64,000 nucleotides of DNA from a virus: positions 64,001 to 128,000 of the IMG/VR virus record IMGVR_UViG_3300045988_131275; one strand, given 5' to 3'. Under the pieces are notes generated by a model, which had not been told where the DNA came from, made no database searches, and saw only the letters and a program-made list of their open reading frames with translations. Shown piece by piece: positions 19,698-29,548 of this stretch. Position numbers and translations under genes: made by a program. Within the stretch, counting starts at the first letter, position 1. Each line of letters begins with the position of its first letter.

Positions 19698-20321
19698 TTA
19701 CCATTTTGTATTCTCCAAACTATTTAAAAATTGTTTCATCCATAAATTCTTTTCTTCTACTCTCTTTAATTCTTCTTGCCATTTTTCATACCTTCTTTTA
19801 ACTTGTTTATCTGCATTATCTCTTAAAATATCAATACATTTCTTAATTGTATCATCAGAAGTATCTAATTCCTTATTTATATCTTTTTCACACCATTCAT
19901 ATAAAGCTGTATTCAATGACATATCAATTTGTTCTAAACAAAATTTCTTTAGATTTTCATGTTCTGGTGTTGGTGGAATCCATTTTTCAACTTCTTCTCG
20001 TACTTTTAGGTACTTTTTATCTTCATCTTTATATCCTTCAAGTATTTTTGCTGCCCTGCCCTTATTATCATCATATTTAGATATTATATCTTCTTTTACT
20101 TCTTCAAGAGTCATGCTATATGCTTTTTCTCTTGATGCTAAAGAATCTTTATATGCTTTTTCATAATAAGGATGTGGCTCAAAATGATTTGGTGTTGGAA
20201 CATCTAAAGATTCATCTTTTAAGTCAACGGCAATTCCAAATGCTCTGGTACATAGTTTCAAAAACTCTTTACCAGATGTTATTTTCCCATCCTTAATATA
20301 AGACGTATATCCTGTTGGCAT
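19698..20321 (-). CDS. Hypothetical coiled-coil-like protein
   Basis: ORF, E/K-rich. Confidence 0.6.
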   Translation of the reverse strand: MPTGYTSYIKDGKITSGKEFLKLCTRAFGIAVDLKDESLDVPTPNHFEPHPYYEKAYKDSLASREKAYSMTLEEVKEDIISKYDDNKGRAAKILEGYKDEDKKYLKVREEVEKWIPPTPEHENLKKFCLEQIDMSLNTALYEWCEKDINKELDTSDDTIKKCIDILRDNADKQVKRRYEKWQEELKRVEEKNLWMKQFLNSLENTKW

Positions 20322-20330
20322 TATTTATCC

Positions 20331-20714
20331 TCACTTTTCCAATTCTTTAATACTAAACCAGTCAATATTAAAATAACCTTGCACTTTATACATATAAACA
20401 ACTACAGGATATTCATTCTCTTCTGGTTTATTTTTAATTTCGTATTTATCAGTCAATGGATTATTAATCTCATGCTCATCAGAGTACTTATCATTAGGAT
20501 CTTCTAATGTATATGGAACTTCAAATGTGTCCATCCAAGAACTCACACTATCAAATAATGAAGCGTCTGTTTGGAATTGCTCACCGCCAAATATGGCATC
20601 TTCACTTTTCCATTGATACATTTCTTTTGCAAAGTTAAGATAATCCTCATAGTTAGTACATAAACTCCACCATGTATTAGTGAATCTTTTAGATTTGTGT
20701 ACTATTACTCTCAC
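20331..20714 (-). CDS. Hypothetical protein
   Basis: ORF in array. Confidence 0.55.
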   Translation of the reverse strand: MRVIVHKSKRFTNTWWSLCTNYEDYLNFAKEMYQWKSEDAIFGGEQFQTDASLFDSVSSWMDTFEVPYTLEDPNDKYSDEHEINNPLTDKYEIKNKPEENEYPVVVYMYKVQGYFNIDWFSIKELEK

Positions 20715-21025
20715 CTCTATTCAATTGTATTTTTATGGAATTTTGAGCAGAAATGCTCTTAGAAAAATTACATATTATCTAAAGCTTCAACAAATTCGTT
20801 ACCACAATCACAAAATGTATAAATCATAGATTTCATAAGTCCCCAAGACATTTCTGAGTGACCTTGATTTTTCATTACTTTAATACCTGCGACAATAGAA
20901 TTATCCTTAACAGTTTTAATAATATCTAAACATTGACCTAACTCCATTCCCTTGTACATATCACTTAATCTAATAGGTACACATCTATCCCATTCGTCCC
21001 ATTTGTCTTGTGATAAAACTTTATG

Positions 21026-21313
21026 TCATTCTTTAATCCAATATTTTGTTAGTTCTGGAATTTTCTTTTTATGTTCTTCTTCTCTTCTGATGAAATCTTG
21101 TCTCCTTTTTTCTTGTTCATCTTTAAATTCTTTAAATGTTTTACCAATACATTTAATATATGCTTCATCTACTGTCATATCAGAACTTAAAATATTACCA
21201 TTAAAAGTTCCCCAATAATCCTTACCAGTTTTATATGACAACTGGTGTAAGTATTTAACAGCTTCTTCAATTGTCATTCCGTAATTAAAATCTACATCAA
21301 TATACTTTTTCAT
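21026..21313 (-). CDS. Hypothetical protein
   Basis: ORF in array. Confidence 0.5.
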   Translation of the reverse strand: MKKYIDVDFNYGMTIEEAVKYLHQLSYKTGKDYWGTFNGNILSSDMTVDEAYIKCIGKTFKEFKDEQEKRRQDFIRREEEHKKKIPELTKYWIKE

Positions 21314-21334
21314 ATAAATTCCTCCATTTTATGA

Positions 21335-21354
21335 GTTGAAAGTTTACTTTCAAC
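21335..21354 (-). repeat. Intergenic mini-hairpin, dispersed family (GTTGAAAG-TTTA-CTTTCAAC)
   Basis: 8-bp perfect stem upstream of an SD (cctcc on plus strand). Confidence 0.75.
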
Positions 21355-22040
21355 TAATCATTTTCTTCGACAAACTCACAATTAAGCATTCTTACGGACG
21401 CTAACATTGCGGTAAGATCTTCCGCACTTTCAATCTCGATATTATTTCCTCTACCAAATTCATCAAACATTACAAGCTCAGAATTTTTAATAATCCCATA
21501 GAAAATATTATCTTCATCAGAATCATCTTCCAATATATCGGATATATTATCTTCTAAGTCTTGTATAAAATCGTACATAGGAATATTGTTGCTTTTATAC
21601 TCAATAACAACTCTTGAAGTCATCCCATCAGCAGCAAACAAAAGTTCATATTTACATTTGTGGTATCCGTTTACATAAATTCCACGACTAATATAATTTT
21701 CAATTTCTGTCGGAAGATTTTTTGTGCTTTCCTCTATATCATACATTACAAAATAATCAATTACTTCTTTTTCTTTATGATTTTCTGTTAAAATCAAATG
21801 CCTCTCTTCTTGAATGCTTTTACATGTATTTTTGTACATATCAAAATACGATGTATTATTTTCATCATGATCTTTCTTAAAAAATGATTTATACACATCA
21901 TCATTTACATAATATCTACCAATACATTCTCCATAACTATCTGGAATTACTTTACCATTAAGTTCTAAACCAATTTTATTTGAAAGTAATCCAAATCCCA
22001 TACCTTCTAAATCTTCTCTTGCAATTGCAGTTAGTTTCAC
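21354..22040 (-). CDS. Hypothetical protein
   Basis: ORF in array. Confidence 0.6.
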   Translation of the reverse strand: MKLTAIAREDLEGMGFGLLSNKIGLELNGKVIPDSYGECIGRYYVNDDVYKSFFKKDHDENNTSYFDMYKNTCKSIQEERHLILTENHKEKEVIDYFVMYDIEESTKNLPTEIENYISRGIYVNGYHKCKYELLFAADGMTSRVVIEYKSNNIPMYDFIQDLEDNISDILEDDSDEDNIFYGIIKNSELVMFDEFGRGNNIEIESAEDLTAMLASVRMLNCEFVEEND

Positions 22041-22235
22041 TTATCTTTTACCTCTCAATCTATTTTATTTCTTTTAATATCTTCTCTGTTACATGATATC
22101 TCTCAATTAAATCAATATTACATTGAGTTTCATCATTTATATCATTTAAAGAGCCTTTACAATATGGTGTAAGAAGTTTATTCAACGCAAGTATAATAAT
22201 TTTCTGATTCTCAAATAGTTCTTTTCCATAGTTCA

Positions 22236-22514
22236 TTACTTATTTCTTCCTGTAATCTCATCTAAACACCAATTCCATCCGCATTTAAAACTTGGAAGTC
22301 TATCTTCCCATTTGTACGTTTCTGTAATTTCTTTTCGATCTGGTAACTTTCTTAACGGACATAATTCAGGAATTGTAGAGTGTTCTTTCTTTTTTAGAGA
22401 ATTAATATATTTATCCAATGATTGACAATAATATCCCCTCATTTCTATGTATTCTGAAAACGGACATTCATCACATGAATTAGGTTCTTCTATAAGCAAC
22501 ATAACTTTACTCAT
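22236..22514 (-). CDS. Cys-rich small protein, tandem paralogue A
   Basis: LLIEEPNSCDECPF...YYCQSL...ELCPLRKLP...GWNWCLDEI. Confidence 0.7.
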   Translation of the reverse strand: MSKVMLLIEEPNSCDECPFSEYIEMRGYYCQSLDKYINSLKKKEHSTIPELCPLRKLPDRKEITETYKWEDRLPSFKCGWNWCLDEITGRNK

Positions 22515-22770
22515 TCTTACTTCCTCCTATGATTTCTCTTAAACAATCATTCCAACCTTTAACATTTCCATTATATATTTCTCCCCATTTTTTCTTACTA
22601 GGCAATTCTTTCAATGGACACCAATTAGGACGACTATTATTTTCTCCTACATTATTACATATTTCCTTTTTATTGTAATAACAAGATATTGAACCATCCA
22701 TATCTAAAACACGTAAATCACAGTCAAGACATTTATCTGGTGTTTCAATTACCAATATTGCTTTCCCCAT
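22507..22770 (-). CDS. Cys-rich small protein, tandem paralogue B
   Basis: LVIETPDKCLDCDL...ISCYYN...NWCPLKELP...GWNDCLREI. Confidence 0.7.
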   Translation of the reverse strand: MGKAILVIETPDKCLDCDLRVLDMDGSISCYYNKKEICNNVGENNSRPNWCPLKELPSKKKWGEIYNGNVKGWNDCLREIIGGSKNE

Positions 22771-22773
22771 TAT

Positions 22774-23064
22774 TTATTCTCCCACAATTTTCTCTAAACA
22801 TCTATTCCAACCGTCACGATACCCAGTATAATATTCGTCATACGGATCATCAAAATCATCCTTCTCCAGCAGTGGCTTCAAAGGACACCACTCAGGTTTA
22901 CCTTGGCAATATCCATCTTCACATTCAATTTGTTTCATCAATCCGTTATCTTTATCATCATCCATTACAGAGCAATATGCTTCAATTCCTTCATCTAATT
23001 CATAACAGAATCTACAATCTAAGCAAGTTTCTGGCGTATCAATCACTAATACCGATTTTCGCAT
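22774..23064 (-). CDS. Cys-rich small protein, tandem paralogue C
   Basis: LVIDTPETCLDCRF...AYCSVM...EWCPLKPLL...GWNRCLEKI. Confidence 0.7.
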   Translation of the reverse strand: MRKSVLVIDTPETCLDCRFCYELDEGIEAYCSVMDDDKDNGLMKQIECEDGYCQGKPEWCPLKPLLEKDDFDDPYDEYYTGYRDGWNRCLEKIVGE

Positions 23065-23271
23065 TTAAGCACCTCTTCTTTTAGTTCCTGCGCTATAATA
23101 TTTATATCAATCATGTTGCATGTGGTATTGATTTCAAACCTTTCTCTAATTCGTTCCGCAAACTTATCAATAATTTCATTTTTGATTTTTTCATCATGAT
23201 TTCGCATCCATCCACTACCTTGTAAGAAAGAAATGCAGATTTCGTTATTCAGTTTCATTCGCTTCACCTTT

Positions 23272-23547
23272 CTACACATACCACGCCCAAATCGGATTAA
23301 CATTCATTTTTGGTGCGTTGCATTTTTTCCTAATTCTTTTATGCTTTTTAGCATTTTTCTCGATATAGCCGCCTCGTATTTTAATTCCTCTTTTTATATC
23401 TCTGTAGGCTTCCATTATTGGACTGTATGCCTGTTCAACAATATATCCGCATCTTTCACACGATCCGTGGCGTTCAACTATTCCAAAATAATACTCTGAG
23501 AAACTAATATATTCATAATCATTTGATCCGCAAATAGGACAGTTCAT
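23272..23547 (-). CDS. Zn-ribbon protein
   Basis: CPICGSN...CERCGYIVEQAY. Confidence 0.6.
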   Translation of the reverse strand: MNCPICGSNDYEYISFSEYYFGIVERHGSCERCGYIVEQAYSPIMEAYRDIKRGIKIRGGYIEKNAKKHKRIRKKCNAPKMNVNPIWAWYV

Positions 23548-23838
23548 TCAGCTCTCCCCATCCTTCACGATTTTGATTGCAACTTCAAACGCATCAGTTT
23601 CACCCTCGAAATACTCCGATGCTTTCTGTAATGCAGCAGTTCTTGTCTTTTTTGTTTTCAACTGCTCTACAACCTTGTCTACATCAAAAGCTGTCGGCTG
23701 TTCTTGAACAGTTGTAATTGCAAGATGTGTAAATAAATCCATCGGAGAAACATCATTTTCCGCAGCTTTCTGCTTTTCTTTATCCCAATACCATTTTCTC
23801 ATTTCTTGAATTAATTTATTAGAATCAATCAGTCTCAT
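23548..23838 (-). CDS. Hypothetical protein
   Basis: ORF in array. Confidence 0.6.
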   Translation of the reverse strand: MRLIDSNKLIQEMRKWYWDKEKQKAAENDVSPMDLFTHLAITTVQEQPTAFDVDKVVEQLKTKKTRTAALQKASEYFEGETDAFEVAIKIVKDGES

Positions 23839-24361
23839 TCTTTATTTCTCCCAATTAATACGCAACCACTAAGTAACATCACAAACAACAATTCTACAAT
23901 CACTGTAAATCCATCCATTTATTCTTCTCCATACATACAAATTTCACACATATATTTACATTTTCCACAATGAGAATCATACCATTTGTTAAATTCCTCT
24001 GTTTTTATTTCATGTGTAATATTTGTTTTTAGCCAATATTCCTCATACTTAAATCCGCATATATCATGCATGTCCATATTATATAAATTCTTATTCATAT
24101 TTTTACCTTATCTAATTACCTTGTTTCTTCTAAACCTAATTCTCTTTGCTTCTCTGCAATTCTTAATGGAATATATAATTTATTGTACTCTTTCCTACAT
24201 ACATCACAATCACCATATCCATGTCCCCAACACCAATCACAGAACTTATCAAATTGCTTCTTTAATGCATCAGAAGAATCTGTATTTGCAAATCCTTTCC
24301 CGATGATTTTTGTTACAAAACTTATGTCACTCACCCTTTCCTCACAAATGAAAGACGCATT

Positions 24362-25234
24362 TTATTCTCCTACATTAATCAACTTATCTATATATTCTCT
24401 ACCTTCACCTTTAAAAATTGGAATTTCTTTATCAATAATCCAAGCATTCTCAGATTCAGAACTATCTCTTAACTGTGTGATTTCTGTTGTCCCGTCTGTC
24501 GAAATAACAATATTATTTCTAACACAACAACTTCCCCTCTTCTGATGAGTAGGTAAATCATTCCAGTTAATTCCTTTATCAATTAACATATCTTGAATCT
24601 GATTGCACGATTTATTTTGAAGTTCTTTATGAGAAAAATTAGCTTGACCTACCATTTGAATTGAATTACGAGAAGCGTCTAATTGTCGCCAGTAGATAAG
24701 ATTTGTTACTTCTTCTTTCGGAATATTAAAACAACGTGCATCAAACATTGCGCCTTTTTCAACAGCTTTAGAATATGTTTCGCACATTTCATATTCTGGT
24801 GTACCTTTGCCATACCAACCATTAGTTTCATATTCTATCGCATAATATTGTTCAAGGTTTTCAACATTTTTTTTAAAGAATTTGTTAAACGCCATTGTAG
24901 CCATACTCGCTGCGATACTGCACATTTTCTGAACTTCATAATCAAACCATGCAGAAGAATTTAATTTCTTATAGTCAATCAGAATCAATGTAATCTCATC
25001 AGACTGAGTATATCCTAATACACATCCTTGGATATTTTCACAAAGATATTTCATTGTTTTCTGCATAGATTCAATTAAGACTTCATCAAATGGTTTATTA
25101 AATCCTCTTGTAAATGTATGAAATGCTTTACCATCAATTCTGATTGCAACTGGACAGCGGCGTATAAGTTTTGTTTTTGGAATTTCCTCATAAAAAGTTT
25201 TCATTCTAGTTCCTAAATCATCTCTTGTTGGCAT
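24362..25234 (-). CDS. Thg1-like protein (tRNAHis guanylyltransferase / 3'-5' polymerase superfamily)
   Basis: PVAIRIDGKAFHTFTRGFNKPFD, GYTQSDEITLIL, RCFNIP, YWRQLDASRNSIQM, THQKRGSC. Confidence 0.85.
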   Translation of the reverse strand: MPTRDDLGTRMKTFYEEIPKTKLIRRCPVAIRIDGKAFHTFTRGFNKPFDEVLIESMQKTMKYLCENIQGCVLGYTQSDEITLILIDYKKLNSSAWFDYEVQKMCSIAASMATMAFNKFFKKNVENLEQYYAIEYETNGWYGKGTPEYEMCETYSKAVEKGAMFDARCFNIPKEEVTNLIYWRQLDASRNSIQMVGQANFSHKELQNKSCNQIQDMLIDKGINWNDLPTHQKRGSCCVRNNIVISTDGTTEITQLRDSSESENAWIIDKEIPIFKGEGREYIDKLINVGE

Positions 25235-25273
25235 AAAATTCTCCTTTCTTTCAAATGAAACAAAAAGTCATCA

Positions 25274-25519
25274 CTAAATTATAAAGAATAATCTCCATAT
25301 TAACGGATGTTTCTTTATTCTCTTAATCAATCCATACGCACAGAAATAATTTACATTCTCCCAGTTACCTGTATCAATGACATAATCTCCATCTGGAATT
25401 AATAAATCTTGCATAATAATTGAGAAATCATATCCGTTAATAGATCCAAATAAGTCATCTTTACCAAACTTCTTTTCTATTTCTTTCAATCGTTGTTCTA
25501 CTTTATGTAACTCTTTCAT
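25274..25519 (-). CDS. Hypothetical protein
   Basis: ORF in array. Confidence 0.45.
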   Translation of the reverse strand: MKELHKVEQRLKEIEKKFGKDDLFGSINGYDFSIIMQDLLIPDGDYVIDTGNWENVNYFCAYGLIKRIKKHPLIWRLFFII

Positions 25520-25546
25520 ATATTAATCCTCCATGAAAACAACATT

Positions 25547-25822
25547 TCAGTCAATGTAAATATAATTATCGCTTCTAAAATAAACATTTGGATACATTGC
25601 TACAACCAGATTTCTAATTGCAACAAATAGATTCCCTCTATCGTCATACAATTCTAACTCACCCGTTTCTTTATTTTTCTTATATACACTCAATTCTCCA
25701 TCAGAATTTTTCTGTATATAAAAATCTTCATCTTCGTCTAGTGCGAATTTCATATGAAGTGTTTCACATAATATCTCTAACGCTTTAGTAGAAGTAACTT
25801 CATATTCAAAATTAATTTTCAT
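25547..25822 (-). CDS. Hypothetical protein
   Basis: ORF in array with hairpin-SD leader. Confidence 0.55.
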   Translation of the reverse strand: MKINFEYEVTSTKALEILCETLHMKFALDEDEDFYIQKNSDGELSVYKKNKETGELELYDDRGNLFVAIRNLVVAMYPNVYFRSDNYIYID

Positions 25823-26020
25823 ATCTGTCTCTCCTCGTATTAAATATATTGATATATTTTTGGCACTTATAATCTTTTCTGCACCCTTTTAGATATAATT
25901 CACACCACCAACACATTGCGGGTACAAATCCAATTCTTTCGGCTTTTGATTTTGCTTCTTTCATTGTATTTCTATTCCTTGCTTTAACTGTTTCACTCAT
26001 CTTATTCTCCATAAATAATT

Positions 26021-26641
26021 TCAGTTGTGAAATTCAAGTACTTCTTTTGGACAATAAATAATTCTCTTTCCTGCTTTTTGAGCTTTACGAATGGTAGACC
26101 AAACACCACCAGACTTATTACCATCCCAAATTGCTAACAAAACATCACACTTATCAACTATGTATTGATCTCTTACGTTATCACAGCCTTTATAAAATTT
26201 ATCTGACAATTCAACCCATTCACTTGCTTTCAATTTTAAAAATTTATAATATTTGTGTGATGAATTATAGTCTTTACAAGGAAGAATACAGTGTAATTTA
26301 ATACTGTTTATGTAATGCATTGATACTCCTGCAATAGCAAATGCAATATCACTTCCAGAAGCCATCCCCGTATATAAATCAAGTGGTTCGTTATTATCTT
26401 CACAAGTCTTTATAAATTTACTCAATTCATCTATAATCCAATGCTGAATTGGAATCCATTTTTCATCTATTTCATCTTCTGGTAAACCTAATCTTTGATT
26501 TCTATGCCCTGTTATTCCAATTTTCATTTTATCCTCCTCAATATCTATCCACGATTTTTCTTGTAATCTTGTACTAAATTGCCACAACATAATGGTAATT
26601 CTGCTTTGGCAGCTACATCTACAATAACTTTCAAACCACAA
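26021..26641 (-). CDS. SLOG/YpsA-like (DUF1273-like) Rossmann protein; likely start MKIGITGHRNQ
   Basis: KIGITGHRNQRLGLP, LYTGMASGSDIAFA, DVLLAIWDGNKSGGVWSTIRKA. Confidence 0.65.
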   Translation of the reverse strand: MWFESYCRCSCQSRITIMLWQFSTRLQEKSWIDIEEDKMKIGITGHRNQRLGLPEDEIDEKWIPIQHWIIDELSKFIKTCEDNNEPLDLYTGMASGSDIAFAIAGVSMHYINSIKLHCILPCKDYNSSHKYYKFLKLKASEWVELSDKFYKGCDNVRDQYIVDKCDVLLAIWDGNKSGGVWSTIRKAQKAGKRIIYCPKEVLEFHN

Positions 26642-27525
26642 CTTTCAACTTTTTCTTTAATCTTGTTCATATTTTCCCAATTCCACTGAATTGCATCTTC
26701 AAGACCATGTTCTTTTGTAGCAGTTGTTGTATTAAGCGGAGTAATCTTTACACAAAATACACTAGGATCAAGCCCGTATAATTTGTCTGGATTAAGTTCC
26801 CAACCTGTTCCACAAATAAAATTAAGAGTAATAAGCCTATTGTTGTTTGGCATATTATTAAATTCTCTTTTCATTTCTTCGATTGTCACAACATCTGCAC
26901 CACCGAATAAATATTTTCTCTCATCTTCATTTGTGCTATTCGTAGAAATCTGAATATGCATGAATCCGTTAAGATATTCTTTAACAGACATAACCTCTTC
27001 TTTTAATACATCAACTGGACTTTTACCAAATACTTTTACTTTCGGAAGAATCGTATTATAGCAAGGTAAAAATGTAAAACCTTCACGATATGTTTTCATA
27101 TCTTTCATAACCTGTAAAATATTCTTCCAGTTATATTGTGGTTCTCCCATACGTGCAAAACCAACTTTAATTTTATTACTTTTTGTGACATACGAATGCT
27201 GATTAAATACAAATTCAAGTTGCTCCCACATCTCTTCTGCTGATAAATTCCCATGAAACCCTAACTCTGGAACTAAACAGAATTGACATTTCTGAGGACA
27301 TCCATACTGAGTACTAATTGCAGTAAGCCATTTATCTTCAAAAGGCACAAGATTTTTCTTAATTAATTCTACATCATCAGTCATAATGACTTCTTGAGAT
27401 TTGCCTTTTGTATTTACATCCTGCATAGATGTTGTTTCAATATAAAAATCTTTTTCTTTGTTATAAAGCACATAAACACTACCACTTGGATATGTATACT
27501 CTTTTACCAATTCAAAATGCTTCAT
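26545..27525 (-). CDS. RlmN/Cfr-like radical SAM enzyme
   Basis: YGCPQKCQFCLVPELGFHGNLSAEEMWEQ, RMGEPQYNWKNIL, C-terminal LPLCCGNL (cf. RlmN ACGQL). Confidence 0.75.
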   Translation of the reverse strand: MKHFELVKEYTYPSGSVYVLYNKEKDFYIETTSMQDVNTKGKSQEVIMTDDVELIKKNLVPFEDKWLTAISTQYGCPQKCQFCLVPELGFHGNLSAEEMWEQLEFVFNQHSYVTKSNKIKVGFARMGEPQYNWKNILQVMKDMKTYREGFTFLPCYNTILPKVKVFGKSPVDVLKEEVMSVKEYLNGFMHIQISTNSTNEDERKYLFGGADVVTIEEMKREFNNMPNNNRLITLNFICGTGWELNPDKLYGLDPSVFCVKITPLNTTTATKEHGLEDAIQWNWENMNKIKEKVESCGLKVIVDVAAKAELPLCCGNLVQDYKKNRG

Positions 27526-27539
27526 TTAATTATTCTCCT

Positions 27540-28292
27540 TTACCCACAGTATTGTTCAATTTCTTCATATTTCTTCATCCATACTTTTCTATCATCTTCT
27601 GTATAGCCAAAGAAATATGGATAAAGTTGATTGTTTGTTGTGAAATAATAATGATGATATTCTCCATCTGGTAAGAACATAACACCAGGAATATCAATAG
27701 AATCTTTAATTTTTAAGAAATTTTGATATGCTTTTTTATTACCAAACATTTGTCTGAATGTAATTTGTTGAACTCCGATACTACGCATTTTACTTATGTA
27801 TTGCAAGCAATCTTCTTTAGTCATTCTCTCATTAAGCACATTAATAACTCTTACTCTTGTAGTCTCTTCTATTTCAGGTAATTTCATTTTCAGTTTTTCT
27901 ACAGCATGAGAATCATTTGACTCAATGCTCAATGCAATTTTTCTAAATTTCTTAATTAAGTTCTTATCATCTGGTAAAATTCTTGTATGTATATCTAGTT
28001 TTTTATTATATTTTTTCGCAAGTTCATACACCTTATCATAAAAATCAAGATTATCTTTCCAATTATAAAATGGATCTCCACCACCAGATAAATTAACCGT
28101 AGGAGCATTTGATTCAGAAACACACTTTTCCAAATATTCCCAGTCAATTTTACTCTTATCTGTAATTGCATTTTGCAAAATTGGATGATGTTTTGTAATA
28201 CAATATTTGCAATTACAATCACACCCAAAATTGGTGATTATCGTAAATCCTCTATTAATTTCTGTATACATATTTTCTCCAATTCTTTCCAT
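27540..28292 (-). CDS. Radical SAM enzyme, unknown specificity
   Basis: FGCDCNCKYCITK (Cx3Cx2C), NLSGGGDPFYNW. Confidence 0.8.
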   Translation of the reverse strand: MERIGENMYTEINRGFTIITNFGCDCNCKYCITKHHPILQNAITDKSKIDWEYLEKCVSESNAPTVNLSGGGDPFYNWKDNLDFYDKVYELAKKYNKKLDIHTRILPDDKNLIKKFRKIALSIESNDSHAVEKLKMKLPEIEETTRVRVINVLNERMTKEDCLQYISKMRSIGVQQITFRQMFGNKKAYQNFLKIKDSIDIPGVMFLPDGEYHHYYFTTNNQLYPYFFGYTEDDRKVWMKKYEEIEQYCG

Positions 28293-28304
28293 GAAACTGC
28301 CGTT

Positions 28305-28715
28305 TTATCTTTTCTCAAACATATTTTTATTAATACACGCTTGACACGTTCTACCTGCAACATTTTTCCACCCATACTTACATTCAACACAATTAACCAA
28401 TTCAAAATATTCTAGTTTCCATTGAAGAACATTATGGAAATCATATGAACTATACCCTATGTGATAGTAATTTTCTCCAATTTTCCTATATTTTAATGAA
28501 TAGTACGGCTTGTCATCTATAATCTCGAAAATTTGATCTATTTCTACTACTTTTATTTTTGGATTATGTTTAATATTTGTACTCAGATTACTATCATAAG
28601 TCTTGTCATAATAATTTAATTCTTTTAATACTTCTTCTGGTTTCATATTAATCCTCCTAATGATTGTTTTTCTTGGAGAAATCATAGTCAATAAACAGTG
28701 TTTTCTTTTTACCAC
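28305..28715 (-). CDS. Small protein with C-terminal Cys cluster
   Basis: NCVECKYGWKNVAGRTCQACINK. Confidence 0.55.
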   Translation of the reverse strand: MVKRKHCLLTMISPRKTIIRRINMKPEEVLKELNYYDKTYDSNLSTNIKHNPKIKVVEIDQIFEIIDDKPYYSLKYRKIGENYYHIGYSSYDFHNVLQWKLEYFELVNCVECKYGWKNVAGRTCQACINKNMFEKR

Positions 28716-28923
28716 ATTTCTTGCATACTAGAAGAGTTTCTCCGTCTTTTACCAAATGCCACTCAATTTTATATACATGTGGTTTACAAAGACATTTAAT
28801 CTTACAGCCATTCTTTCGCCATCTGTTGAATTTGCTGATTATTGCATACAATAGTATGTAAACAGCAAGTCCAACTACGCACATTCCCAGCATCATAAAA
28901 ATTTCTTTTATCGCTTCAATCAT
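28657..28923 (-). CDS. Membrane-anchored small Cys-motif protein
   Basis: N-terminal TM, CLCKPHVY...CKKCGKKK. Confidence 0.5.
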   Translation of the reverse strand: MIEAIKEIFMMLGMCVVGLAVYILLYAIISKFNRWRKNGCKIKCLCKPHVYKIEWHLVKDGETLLVCKKCGKKKTLFIDYDFSKKNNH

Positions 28924-29548
28924 TCTTCTTCATCTCATCCAACTTCTTCTCAGCTTCTTCACGAGTGAGGAATAAAAATTCGCCAAGACAATTATAATAG
29001 CTTTTAATCGAAATATATTGCAAATCAACTTCGGCTATATAATATTCTTTCCTGATATCACATTCACATTTGCAATCATAGATTTCACATTTATTATTTT
29101 CCTCACCGTATTCAGTGCATTTCCATCTATAATTTACTTGATACAATATTCTGTTTAAATCATCTGGTAACTTCAATAACAAGCCCTGTTCTTCCAATTC
29201 TTTATATTCTTTCCATTTATCCGCATCTTCGTAAGTCAAGATTCTTGCGTTTACGGGATGCTTCTTGTCTGGTTTAGAAAGTTTCATTTCCAGGGTATTA
29301 ACTACATCAGCAAGAGAAAATGTAGATTCTTCTCCGAATATTTTATGTAGATGTTCTTCTAACTCTTTATAAGACTTCAATTCTTCCAACCACTCTGCGA
29401 GTTGCATATGTTCTTCCGCACATTTTATACAATTAATTTTTATGTCATTGTCTACTGGATCAATTGACTCAAATTTTGCACCTCTATAATTCTTTTCTGC
29501 TACTTCTTTTGCATGAGAAATAGCATCGTTAAGTGTCAATCTATCCAT
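28916..29548 (-). CDS. Hypothetical phage protein
   Basis: ORF in array. Confidence 0.6.
   Translation of the reverse strand: MDRLTLNDAISHAKEVAEKNYRGAKFESIDPVDNDIKINCIKCAEEHMQLAEWLEELKSYKELEEHLHKIFGEESTFSLADVVNTLEMKLSKPDKKHPVNARILTYEDADKWKEYKELEEQGLLLKLPDDLNRILYQVNYRWKCTEYGEENNKCEIYDCKCECDIRKEYYIAEVDLQYISIKSYYNCLGEFLFLTREEAEKKLDEMKKND

Noticed and set aside
24362-25234. Linking the Thg1-like gene to the base-modification cassette
   Set aside because: No proximity or biochemical link; more likely RNA repair.
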